64,000 bases of DNA, taken from a virus. The notes beneath the pieces were generated by a model. That model searched no databases. It was not told where the DNA came from and saw nothing but the letters and a program-made list of their open reading frames with translations. Position 1 is the first letter of the stretch. Each line of letters opens with the position of its first letter. Shown piece by piece: positions 8,363-17,250 of the stretch. The translations under genes were made by a program, and so were the position numbers. Location: positions 8,699-72,698 of the IMG/VR virus record IMGVR_UViG_3300049855_000239. The stretch is one strand, 5' to 3'.

Positions 8363-8492
8363 CACTAACATGATATTTAGTCATTTAAGGTCATTCTGGT
8401 GTCGGTTCTGTACTCGCATTCGGTTAGTTTTCTACGGTGGATAAATTCGGCTCTGTCACTCCCTTAAAAGCCAAAATACATGTTCGTTATAC
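8363..8492. repeat. attC-like hairpin E12
   Basis: cacTAAC 8363-8369 ... GTTAtac 8486-8492; TATTTAG..TTTAAGG / CCTTAAAAG..AAATA arms; internal ACGGTGGATAAATTCGGCTC. Confidence 0.7.
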
Positions 8493-8498
8493 GATATT

Positions 8499-8819
8499 TT
8501 AACAGTAGAACGGCAAGCAGTACCAAACATCTTTTACTTTGGTATATATTTCACCTTCAAATGAATCGCCCTCTAGTCCAATGCTTCTTTGGTCAATATA
8601 AACATCCTTGAATATCCCAAAGCCATTGTTTTGTTTATCTCCTTTTGGATTGTCAACTATTGTTATCTTTTCTGATATTTCGCAGCAGTCAGTTAAGCGA
8701 TCAAAGTCTTTTTTAGCTTTTTCACCAAATGATTTTATTATATCATCATTGTGCTTTGCTACCTCTGCATTGTATTCGCTTAGTTCTTTATACATTAAAT
8801 CTTCTTCTTCCTTAGTCAT
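8499..8819 (-). CDS. hypothetical phage protein
   Basis: 106-aa ORF; VYIDQ...GDSFEGEIY. Confidence 0.6.
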   Translation of the reverse strand: MTKEEEDLMYKELSEYNAEVAKHNDDIIKSFGEKAKKDFDRLTDCCEISEKITIVDNPKGDKQNNGFGIFKDVYIDQRSIGLEGDSFEGEIYTKVKDVWYCLPFYC

Positions 8820-8832
8820 TTTTGGTATTATC

Positions 8833-9063
8833 CTAACAACGTAGTATGGTATCTTTTCCGATACCTAAATGATTGGGTTTTATGCTGTGAATTTCATTGA
8901 GTTCAGATTGATGTTTTTCATCTCCCATACTCGGATCAATTTCATGCTTAAAAACTAAATTCAAATGACTCTTAATTACTTGCGTTTGTTCTTTATTTAT
9001 TGTTTCAGCATTACTTACTTCAAAAAACCCTTGTAGCCAAAAGGCAAAATCTCTACTTGTCAT
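8833..9063 (-). CDS. conserved small phage protein
   Basis: MTSRDFAFWLQGFFE...QVIKSHLNLVFKHEID. Confidence 0.65.
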   Translation of the reverse strand: MTSRDFAFWLQGFFEVSNAETINKEQTQVIKSHLNLVFKHEIDPSMGDEKHQSELNEIHSIKPNHLGIGKDTILRC

Positions 9064-9191
9064 ATAAATGATTGTTTAAATTGTTTTATTCTTCTTTTAA
9101 CCAAACTTGCACGTCCCTTTTGGTTTTATCAGTTCCTGTACTGCGGTGTTTTCCATTGTTTTAAAGTTTATTGGTTCAAACGAACCGCCAA

Positions 9192-9288
9192 TAGTGGAAC
9201 AAATGTAAGCACTAAAAAGATAAATAAAAAATCAAAATAATATTTTTTTTAGATTATTTAAATGCTACATTTGCACTGTATTTAAAGA
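9192..9288. promoter_or_regulatory. divergent promoter block, copy 2 of the 97-bp inverted repeat
   Basis: Reverse complement of 3674-3770; TACATTTG at 9266-9273 (+) and 9200-9207 (-). Confidence 0.8.
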
Positions 9289-9296
9289 CAATAAAG

Positions 9297-9464
9297 ATGG
9301 CAAAGACAGTACATATAAGCGAAGAGACGCATTCAAAGATAGAAGACTTAAAAGAAATGTTTAAGAAAGAGATGTTGTTACCTGTTAGTATTAACCAAAA
9401 GGAGGCGGTTGAGATAGCAATAGATGAGGCTTATAAGCGTAGAACTAAAACAGTAAAAAAATGA
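9297..9464 (+). CDS. small ribbon-helix-helix-like DNA-binding protein (not in ORF track)
   Basis: MAKTVHISEETHSKIEDLK...QKEAVEIAIDEAYK, 55 aa, first ORF after the promoter. Confidence 0.55.
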   Translation: MAKTVHISEETHSKIEDLKEMFKKEMLLPVSINQKEAVEIAIDEAYKRRTKTVKK

Positions 9465-9543
9465 CAACTGTAAAAAAAATAGGGTGGGAGTTAGACCTAG
9501 ACGAGGACGATGATCAAGAATATGAAACTATTCAAATACTAGT

Positions 9544-9753
9544 ATGAAAACCAAGGAGGAAATAATTAAAAAGTACTTTAAAGACGATCTTTCGGTAATG
9601 GATGATAACGGGGAATTGACTCTTTTCGGGGAGGTTATCGCATCGGCAATGGAGGAATATAAAGAAGGTTTAAACGAAACGTTAAACGCTTCTAATCATT
9701 CACATTTGATTATTGATTTTGAAAAAGGAGAAAATAATTTAAACAACAAGTAA
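9544..9753 (+). CDS. hypothetical protein
   Basis: MKTKEEIIKKY...AMEEY small phage ORF. Confidence 0.55.
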   Translation: MKTKEEIIKKYFKDDLSVMDDNGELTLFGEVIASAMEEYKEGLNETLNASNHSHLIIDFEKGENNLNNK

Positions 9754-9755
9754 AA

Positions 9756-10175
9756 ATGGGATCAGTTTGTAAGGTTATTTTATTGGGTAGGGTCGGGAAG
9801 GATCCTGAATTAAAACAAGTAAAAGATTCTTATGTTTGTAATTTTTCAATGGCAACAACTGAAAGTTATAAAGATAAATCAGGTAACAGAGTAGATCAAA
9901 CAGAATGGCATAATATCCAGTTTTGGGGCGAACAAAGTAAAATAATTGAAAAGTTCGTAAAAAAGGGACATGAGTTATATGTTGAAGGAACTATCAAAAC
10001 CGAAACATGGGAAGATAACGGAGTTAAAAAATATGCCGTTAAAATTAAAGGAACTTCTTTTGTTTTAATGAATAACAAAAAAGAAGGTGAAACACATGTA
10101 CAAGGCGAATCTAGCCAACGTAGTGAAACGACTATTCAATCACAAGATACAGACGGAGATAATTTACCATTTTAA
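9756..10175 (+). CDS. ssb: single-stranded DNA-binding protein
   Basis: KVILLGRVGKDPE, TEWHNI, KKG..LYVEG, acidic C-terminal DNLPF. Confidence 0.95.
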   Translation: MGSVCKVILLGRVGKDPELKQVKDSYVCNFSMATTESYKDKSGNRVDQTEWHNIQFWGEQSKIIEKFVKKGHELYVEGTIKTETWEDNGVKKYAVKIKGTSFVLMNNKKEGETHVQGESSQRSETTIQSQDTDGDNLPF

Positions 10176-10194
10176 TACCTAAAGAAGACTAAAT

Positions 10195-11238
10195 ATGGGA
10201 ATTTTAGATATAAAACCAGTAGTAAGAGGAGAAAGTAAAGTTTTATTAGCTTTTTCGGGACCAAGTGGAACAGGAAAAACACTATCGGCTTTGTATGTAG
10301 CTCGTGGGATGGTTTCTAAGCCATCGGAAATAGGTTTTTTAGATACCGAAAATGGTCGTGGTTCATTCTATTCAGATAAACTAGATGGACAGTTTATGTA
10401 CGCAAATTTGAATCCACCTTTTTCGCCTGATAGATATGGGAAGGCTATTAAGGAATTTCAAGATGCTGGCGTAAAAGTTCTTGTAATTGATTCAATATCT
10501 CACGAGTGGGAAGGGATTGGAGGTTGTGAAGAAATAGCTAACAGTTTAAAGCCAGATGGAACAGAGCGCAAGGTAGCGGATTGGAAGCGCTCCAAAAATG
10601 AACATAGGACAAAGTTTATGAATGCTTTAATGTATACAGAAATGCATATTATATGCTGTGTTCGTGCTAGAGAAAAGACTGATTTTAAAGAACCTACAAA
10701 GCCAGTTAGTTTAGGTATTCAGCCAGTTTGTGAGAAAAACTTTTTATTTGAAATGATGGCTTCTGTTATGTTTTCAAATGAAGGTAAGAATCAGAAATGG
10801 ATAAAAGTACCTGACTATCTTAAAGAAGCTTTTGGAAATGGGAATGATTATTTAGGCCAAAATACAGGTAAAAAAATAATGCAATGGGTTAGGCTTGGAG
10901 AAAAAGAAGACCCAATTATAACAAAAGCCAGAGGGGAAATAATACTTGTATGTGAGAATGGGTTAGTTGCATTGCAAGAAGCTTGGAAAAAACTTTCACC
11001 TCTTGCAAAAGGTGCTTTAAATCCTGAATATAAAGTTCATGCGGCATCGGCAATTGCGTTTGATAAAGAAAGAGAACGCTTGCATGATAGTATAGATAAA
11101 GTTGACAAAGAAGCTGAACGTATTTATTTAATGCTTTCTGATTGTAAAACGCTTATTGAAGTTGAGGAATTGCAAAATCAGGTCATTGGACACGAAGAAC
11201 TTTTTGTTAATCGTAAAGCAGAATTTAAAAATGCGTAG
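10195..11238 (+). CDS. AAA ATPase, Sak4-like recombinase
   Basis: Walker A GPSGTGKT, DTENG, Walker B VLVIDSISHEW; lies between SSB and an exonuclease. Confidence 0.8.
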   Translation: MGILDIKPVVRGESKVLLAFSGPSGTGKTLSALYVARGMVSKPSEIGFLDTENGRGSFYSDKLDGQFMYANLNPPFSPDRYGKAIKEFQDAGVKVLVIDSISHEWEGIGGCEEIANSLKPDGTERKVADWKRSKNEHRTKFMNALMYTEMHIICCVRAREKTDFKEPTKPVSLGIQPVCEKNFLFEMMASVMFSNEGKNQKWIKVPDYLKEAFGNGNDYLGQNTGKKIMQWVRLGEKEDPIITKARGEIILVCENGLVALQEAWKKLSPLAKGALNPEYKVHAASAIAFDKERERLHDSIDKVDKEAERIYLMLSDCKTLIEVEELQNQVIGHEELFVNRKAEFKNA

Positions 11239-12211
11239 CCTACCTACAACCTTCGAACCCGATACAGTACTGTTTCGTTGTTCCTCACTCGGTTATCTAA
11301 TGACAGATAGCCGAGAAAAAACAAACATTGAAAAGTATAACGATGCTATTGAATCTGTTTCAAAAAAGCAAGAACAATACGCCAACGCCAAAAACAAGGA
11401 AACTAAAACGGCTATTAAACTAGCCGAAGATATTAAAAAACTTCAATTCCAAATAGTAGAACTTGAAAAAGTAAAGCACGAAGAAACATTAAGCGAAACG
11501 GCAAAAACACATTGTATTGATGTGTTTGTCTCGCAAAAGTATAACCGTTTTACAGAACTAAGCGCAAAGCAATGTAACAAAGGAAACGATGTGGAAGATG
11601 ACTCAATTACCACAATCAGCCGAATAACAAAAAAGCTTTGGATTAAAAACACTAAAGAGGTAAAGAACGAATGGATAAGAGGAACGTGCGACATCCACAA
11701 CGGAACATGCTTAATTTTAGAAGATGGTATAAACTGGAAAATACAAGCAACAGAAGTAAGGGATGCTAAAAGTAGTTGGGATGCTTACTCTTTTTTTCGG
11801 GCAAAACACAAAGACTTAAAAAAACAATACTATTGGCAAGTATTGGGCTACATGTGGCTTACAGGAGCAAGAAAAGGCAGTGTAGATTATTGCCTCAATA
11901 ACACGCCATATCATATTGTTGAACGTGAATTAAAGTATGAATCGTACAATCATTTCGAAGGGAATACTCCAGCATGGATTGAACTCCAAATTATTGCAAA
12001 CCATGTTTATGATATTCAAACATTCAATGAGTATATCCAAAATAGGGGTTGTTATGCTACTGACGAAAACGCCTTGGCTGTTAAGGCTGGATTTGTACCA
12101 ATCCCTTTAGAAGAACGTCATTTCAATTTCGAGTTTGAATACAATGAAGATGACATCGATCTGGTGAAAAACAAAATATCACTAGCTAGGCAATACATTT
12201 CCACATTATAA
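11231..12211 (+). CDS. YqaJ/lambda-exonuclease-like PD-(D/E)xK nuclease
   Basis: FRCSSLG, KGNDVE, GTCD, DAKSSWD, YYWQVLGYMWLTG. Confidence 0.8.
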   Translation: MRSLPTTFEPDTVLFRCSSLGYLMTDSREKTNIEKYNDAIESVSKKQEQYANAKNKETKTAIKLAEDIKKLQFQIVELEKVKHEETLSETAKTHCIDVFVSQKYNRFTELSAKQCNKGNDVEDDSITTISRITKKLWIKNTKEVKNEWIRGTCDIHNGTCLILEDGINWKIQATEVRDAKSSWDAYSFFRAKHKDLKKQYYWQVLGYMWLTGARKGSVDYCLNNTPYHIVERELKYESYNHFEGNTPAWIELQIIANHVYDIQTFNEYIQNRGCYATDENALAVKAGFVPIPLEERHFNFEFEYNEDDIDLVKNKISLARQYISTL

Positions 12212-12362
12212 AGATCAATTGGAAACAAAAGAAAAAAGATATTCAGAGCTTTTAAACCTTAAAAACTTACTCTCATGTACTACACCAAAATAGAAACAGT
12301 CGCTATATTCTTTTGTTTAGGAATAGCTGGAATAGTAGAATCAATTTTAAACAACTTGTAAA

Positions 12363-12641
12363 ATGAACATAGGCCAATCAATTAGAGAGATACGAAAGTC
12401 TAAAGGGTTGAATCAAAAACAACTATCCGAGCGATGCGGAATGTCATTTAATGCATTGTGTCAAATTGAAACGGGGAGAACGCTTCCACAACGGACAACG
12501 CTTAATAAAATATGTGTTATTTTAAACGTACCAGTTTCTTATATCTATTTCAATAGTTTAGATGAAAAAGATGTACAAGAAAACAAAATACCAGTTTTTA
12601 AAGCCTTAAAAAAGGCAATAATGGAATTTCTACTAAATTAA
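12363..12641 (+). CDS. XRE-family HTH regulator
   Basis: IGQSIREIRKSKGLNQKQLSERCGMSFNALCQIETG. Confidence 0.85.
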   Translation: MNIGQSIREIRKSKGLNQKQLSERCGMSFNALCQIETGRTLPQRTTLNKICVILNVPVSYIYFNSLDEKDVQENKIPVFKALKKAIMEFLLN

Positions 12642-12646
12642 TAATT

Positions 12647-12880
12647 ATGATAACATGCACCAATAAACCATGCCCTTTGCGCTACATGTGCGAACGGGGA
12701 AATGATACTCAAACAGGTGAATTCTTTGAGTATAAAACGCTTAAAGGACACGATAACCAAGGGAATATTAGGTATACCCACGGATGCGACTATTTCGAAA
12801 AGAAGAAAGATATATTTCAGATTTGTGATGAGGTATATGGAAAACTAGAACCAATTGAACTAGAAAAAGATGTTGACTGA
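12647..12880 (+). CDS. small Cys-rich hypothetical protein
   Basis: CTNKPCPLRYMCER...CDYF. Confidence 0.55.
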   Translation: MITCTNKPCPLRYMCERGNDTQTGEFFEYKTLKGHDNQGNIRYTHGCDYFEKKKDIFQICDEVYGKLEPIELEKDVD

Positions 12881-13445
12881 GCGTGCGCATGAAATGTTCA
12901 AGCAATCTACCAAGTGCGCTTGTTTAGTTTTTAACCTTCAAAACGAAATAGACGGGTTTGAAGACAGAAAAGAATGTAAACACAAACTAAAAAGGTGGGT
13001 TCGGGATTTATTAAATGAAGTAAATACCGAAATAGATCACATTTGCTCAAAAGGACTAGGATTAAACGCAGATGCCCAGTATCAGTATGTTGAAATAACT
13101 AACAAACTATGGCACGATATGCCAACAAATCACATGCTAAATACTGGTGTTATCAACTATTCAACTAGGTTAATAATAGTATGCAAGCAGTTAGAAATTG
13201 AAGCGGAAAGGCTTAATAATCTGGCAGATAAAAAGTGTTATCGTGTTCATCCAAAACTTATTAGATTACTTAAAAAAGTAATTGAATCGGTCGAGATAAA
13301 TATAAGTAGTAGGCGAATAGCCGAACTGGTTACGATGCATTTAAAATCAGCAGATGCAACATTAACGTACTTTCTTGGAACTTACAAAGAACAATTAGAC
13401 GCAATTAAAGAATATCAAGATGATACGACCAGAATATTACAATGA
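12870..13445 (+). CDS. hypothetical protein
   Basis: 191-aa ORF overlapping its neighbours in the operon. Confidence 0.55.
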   Translation: MLTERAHEMFKQSTKCACLVFNLQNEIDGFEDRKECKHKLKRWVRDLLNEVNTEIDHICSKGLGLNADAQYQYVEITNKLWHDMPTNHMLNTGVINYSTRLIIVCKQLEIEAERLNNLADKKCYRVHPKLIRLLKKVIESVEINISSRRIAELVTMHLKSADATLTYFLGTYKEQLDAIKEYQDDTTRILQ

Positions 13446-13785
13446 TGAATTTAGTAGCCTTTACTTGGTCGCATTCAAACGCAAATGGACACCATGGCAG
13501 TTTGATGCAATGAAACGTTTAGAGCGCTGTGAGCAAAAAGGAAGCTTCAAACAGGACATTGAAAAGACTATTACAGTCATCGAGCTTCTTAAAAGTGAAT
13601 ACAATCCTAGTTTATGGCAGAAAGTAAAGTTCCTATTTAAAACACCTACGAATAAATTATCAGACCAAAGAGGATGGAATTTTTACGTTCATAATGTATG
13701 CTATGCGCTAGAAACTGGACGTTATGATTTGGCAATAGCCGAATGTCGCAAGTACTACTTTGCCGTAACCAAAAATAATTTATAA
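13420..13785 (+). CDS. DUF3310-like protein
   Basis: RPEYY...AMKRLERCEQKG..KQDIEK resembles DUF3310. Confidence 0.45.
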   Translation: MIRPEYYNDEFSSLYLVAFKRKWTPWQFDAMKRLERCEQKGSFKQDIEKTITVIELLKSEYNPSLWQKVKFLFKTPTNKLSDQRGWNFYVHNVCYALETGRYDLAIAECRKYYFAVTKNNL

Positions 13786-13856
13786 ACTTTTGTATTAAAT
13801 GTATACAAGTATTCGAAAGGTTCGTATATTTGTATACATTTAAACGACAACAAAAT

Positions 13857-14417
13857 ATGATAGTATCAGTAACATCTTCAATACATGATTCAAGTACAAT
13901 GAAGTTTGTATTAGAATCAGACTCAGACGAATACGGTTTTTATGCAGCTATACTAGTCCCACATGATGGAGAGGATAATTATTCATTCGAAAGCTTAATC
14001 TTTGATTCAGAAACAAGTGAGGAGGATATAAAACGTGCTGTAATTTTTATCGAAAACCATGAAGCCGAAATTATACAGTCGTTATACTCCGAAACGCATC
14101 CAAATTTGAAGGTTTTAGACTTTAAAAAAAGCAATACAAAAGAAATTGAATACGATGACAGAATCGTACAAGTTCGTGAGATATTGGATAAGCATAATTT
14201 TTTCAGCAAACCGTACTGGTTTGGCAATGAGTTTGAAACTTATCAATTCGTTTTGGATTTGATTAAAGGAATGAGCAAAACAAGCGACCTAGCTAAATTG
14301 GCTACTCAAGAAAGATTACACGGGAATACGTCCAATTCTTTGAGAGACCTAAACGTAACGATTGACCTACTAAACGATCTAAACAATGCCAGAAAAGAAA
14401 CAACGTGGACAGCCTAA
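13857..14417 (+). CDS. hypothetical protein
   Basis: ATG at 13857 downstream of a TATATTTG promoter box. Confidence 0.55.
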   Translation: MIVSVTSSIHDSSTMKFVLESDSDEYGFYAAILVPHDGEDNYSFESLIFDSETSEEDIKRAVIFIENHEAEIIQSLYSETHPNLKVLDFKKSNTKEIEYDDRIVQVREILDKHNFFSKPYWFGNEFETYQFVLDLIKGMSKTSDLAKLATQERLHGNTSNSLRDLNVTIDLLNDLNNARKETTWTA

Positions 14418-14524
14418 AAAAGATTATACTACCAAAGTAGCGTCTGAAAGAGTTCGTACTGAATGGTACGATTTAGTAAAAAAAGAAATGAAAGATTTTA
14501 TTAAAAAACTGAAAGAAAAAGAAG

Positions 14525-16726
14525 ATGGAGTATAGCGAATTTTTAGGGAATAAAAGAAAATCAGTTATAAAGTCTGGTTTTGAGGTAAAGGAATTTAAAT
14601 GCAAAACTCTAAGAGAAGATCAAAAATTTGTAATTAAAAAAGGACTCCAATCAGGGCGTTTTGCTTTTTTTCAGGATTGCGGATTGGGTAAAACAGTAGA
14701 ACAGCTAGAATGTGCATGGCAAGTGTTACAATACACAAATAAGCCTGTTTTAATACTCACACTTTTAGCTGTAGTAGATCAAACAATGGATATTGAAGCT
14801 CCAAAGTTTGGATTTGAAATTTATAAATTAAAACAAAATTCAATAGTAGAACCAAAAATATACATTACAAATTACGATCAATTAGAAAATATTGATTCCA
14901 GTTTGTTTGAATGTATAATTTTAGATGAAAGTTCAAAACTTAAAAACGTTGATGGTAAAACTAGGAATTTATTAGTTGAAAAGTTTCTTAAAACACCCTA
15001 TAAATTTTGCTTTACGGCAACCCCAAGCCCTAACGATCACATGGAACTTGGAAACCATTCTGAGTTCTTAGGACACATGTCATATGGTGAAATGTTGGCA
15101 ATGTTCTTTGTTCATGATGGTGGTGAAACTAGTAAATGGCGTTTAAGGAAGCATGCAGAAAATGATTTCTGGGATTATGTTTTGAGTTGGTCAATTGCCG
15201 AAACAACACCAAAAAGTTTAGGATTCGATATTGATGGATTTGATTTGCCAGAGATTAACTTTATTGAACACTTTATAGATGTTGAAGGCGAAAACCTTAA
15301 TTTATTTGGAGAGTCGGAAGTTTCGGCCACAGAATTACATGCTGATTTGAGATCAACAATAAATGAAAGGGTATTAAAATGCAAAGAGATAGTTTCGGAA
15401 ATACCAAATGTACAATGGCTTATTTGGGGATTAGGTAATGCAGAAACTGATTTAATTGCAAAAACTATTGATGGATGCGTAAACGTACAAGGTTCAAATA
15501 CTCCAGAAATTAAGGCCAAAAATCTGAATGCTTTTGCAACAGGAGAAATAAAAGATATGGTAACAAAGGCTAAAATAGCTGGTTTCGGTATGAATTACCA
15601 AAATTGTTACAATATGATTTTTTCATCTTACGATTTTGGATTTGAATTGTTTTATCAGGCAATCAGAAGGGCTTATCGTTTTGGGAATCCTTATTCTGTA
15701 AACGTACATTTAATTATCCCAAGAACTCAGATTAATGTAAGGAGTTCTATTTTATTAAAAATGAAAAAACACAAAGAAATGATGGAAAAGTTAGCACAAA
15801 AATGCTTTATCTACCAAAAGAAAGAAGCTGAATTTGTAAAGAATGAAGATGTAAAAACTAGTGATTACTGGTTGATGAATGGAGATTGCGTTGAAAAATC
15901 AAAATTGATTCCTGATAATGCTGCTGATGTTTGCGTTTTTTCACCTCCATTTTCAGAGTTATATGTTTATTCTGATAAAATAGAGGATATGGGTAATTCA
16001 AAGGATTATACAGAATTTGAAACTCATTTTAAATACCTAATTCCTGAGATTAAAAGAGTTCTTAAGTCAGGCCGTATTTGTGCTGTTCATTGCATGGACC
16101 TTCCAATTCAGAAAGGGAAAGAAGGCTATATCGGTCTTAGAGACTTTTCGGGTATGTTGGTTGATTGGTTCACAGAAAAAGGATTTATTTACCATGCAAA
16201 GGTTACTATTTGGAAGAATCCAGTAACGGAAATGCAGCGCACAAAAGCATTGGGATTACTCCATAAAACAATAAAAAAAGATTCCGTAATGTCTCGTGTA
16301 GGAATACCAGATTACGTTTTGTTTTTCAGAAATGAAGGGGAAAATGAGGTACCAATTAGGCACCAAGACATCGACCAATCAAGGCCGGATTATTTACCAG
16401 TTGATTTGTGGCAAAAATACGCAAGCCCTGTTTGGATGGACGTTAACTATTCTCGTACACTTCAATATACAACGGCTCGAGATTCAAACGATGAAAAGCA
16501 TATTTGCCCATTACAATTAGATACGATTGAAAGAATATTGCATCTTTATTCGAATGAAGGTGAAACTGTTTTTAGTCCTTTTGGCGGTATTGGGTCAGAA
16601 GGTTTTCAATCTTTAAAAATGAATCGTAAATCAATTTCTATTGAGTTAAAAGAATCGTATTTTAAAGTAAATGTACAAAACCATAAAAATGCAGCCCTAA
16701 AAGGAACTTTAGAATTAGTATTTTAA
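14525..16726 (+). CDS. SNF2-type helicase fused to an amino (N6A/N4C) DNA methyltransferase
   Basis: DCGLGKT, LDESS, TATP, QAIRRAYRFG helicase motifs; then GDC, FSPPF, HICPLQ, SPFGGIGS (beta-class motif order). Confidence 0.88.
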   Translation: MEYSEFLGNKRKSVIKSGFEVKEFKCKTLREDQKFVIKKGLQSGRFAFFQDCGLGKTVEQLECAWQVLQYTNKPVLILTLLAVVDQTMDIEAPKFGFEIYKLKQNSIVEPKIYITNYDQLENIDSSLFECIILDESSKLKNVDGKTRNLLVEKFLKTPYKFCFTATPSPNDHMELGNHSEFLGHMSYGEMLAMFFVHDGGETSKWRLRKHAENDFWDYVLSWSIAETTPKSLGFDIDGFDLPEINFIEHFIDVEGENLNLFGESEVSATELHADLRSTINERVLKCKEIVSEIPNVQWLIWGLGNAETDLIAKTIDGCVNVQGSNTPEIKAKNLNAFATGEIKDMVTKAKIAGFGMNYQNCYNMIFSSYDFGFELFYQAIRRAYRFGNPYSVNVHLIIPRTQINVRSSILLKMKKHKEMMEKLAQKCFIYQKKEAEFVKNEDVKTSDYWLMNGDCVEKSKLIPDNAADVCVFSPPFSELYVYSDKIEDMGNSKDYTEFETHFKYLIPEIKRVLKSGRICAVHCMDLPIQKGKEGYIGLRDFSGMLVDWFTEKGFIYHAKVTIWKNPVTEMQRTKALGLLHKTIKKDSVMSRVGIPDYVLFFRNEGENEVPIRHQDIDQSRPDYLPVDLWQKYASPVWMDVNYSRTLQYTTARDSNDEKHICPLQLDTIERILHLYSNEGETVFSPFGGIGSEGFQSLKMNRKSISIELKESYFKVNVQNHKNAALKGTLELVF

Positions 16727-16965
16727 TGCCTGAAATTCAGACCGCCCCTTTTACGTTTGAATCAAACGTAAAGCTAACAGGCGAAAAGGTACAGCTAATC
16801 GAATTCGGAAAGAGTCGGTTAGCTGCTTACAACAAGCTATTCAAAAAGCATCGTTTAACGCATAACATAAAATGGAATTGAAAGCATTTGTAAAATACAA
16901 TGGAATTTGGACTCCACTTGTAAACGGTCGAATACATGTGAAATACAGATTTTTAAACACTTAAA

Positions 16966-17238
16966 ATGATAGACAAAATAATTGATACTGTTTTAGAGTA
17001 TTACGACATTACAAGAGAAGAATTGTTTTCGGCAAAAACAACCTATGAGATACATCACGCAAGGAAAATGACAATATATTTTGTACATCAAAAAACAGGG
17101 ATGGCATTTTATAAGATTGCCCCAATTTTTGGAAGGAATACCTCAAGTTGTTTTAAAATTGTCGAGAAAATACTTAACTCTAAAAACAAATACCTGAAAA
17201 AACAATTGGTCGAAATTGACGCTTTAATTGGTAGTTAA
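16966..17238 (+). CDS. DnaA C-terminal-like HTH protein
   Basis: IIDTVLEYYDITREEL...ARKMTIY...IAPIFGRNTSS. Confidence 0.7.
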   Translation: MIDKIIDTVLEYYDITREELFSAKTTYEIHHARKMTIYFVHQKTGMAFYKIAPIFGRNTSSCFKIVEKILNSKNKYLKKQLVEIDALIGS

Positions 17239-17250
17239 TTGGGAAATTGT

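Noticed and set aside
169-8492. CRISPR array interpretation of the repeats
   Set aside because: Repeats are 85-130 bp, divergent, and separated by gene-sized intervals; no cas genes.
169-8492. Hairpins as simple rho-independent terminators or REP/MITE copies
   Set aside because: No U-tracts after the stems, ORFs start inside or read through them, no target-site duplications, and complementarity links cassette ends across sites.
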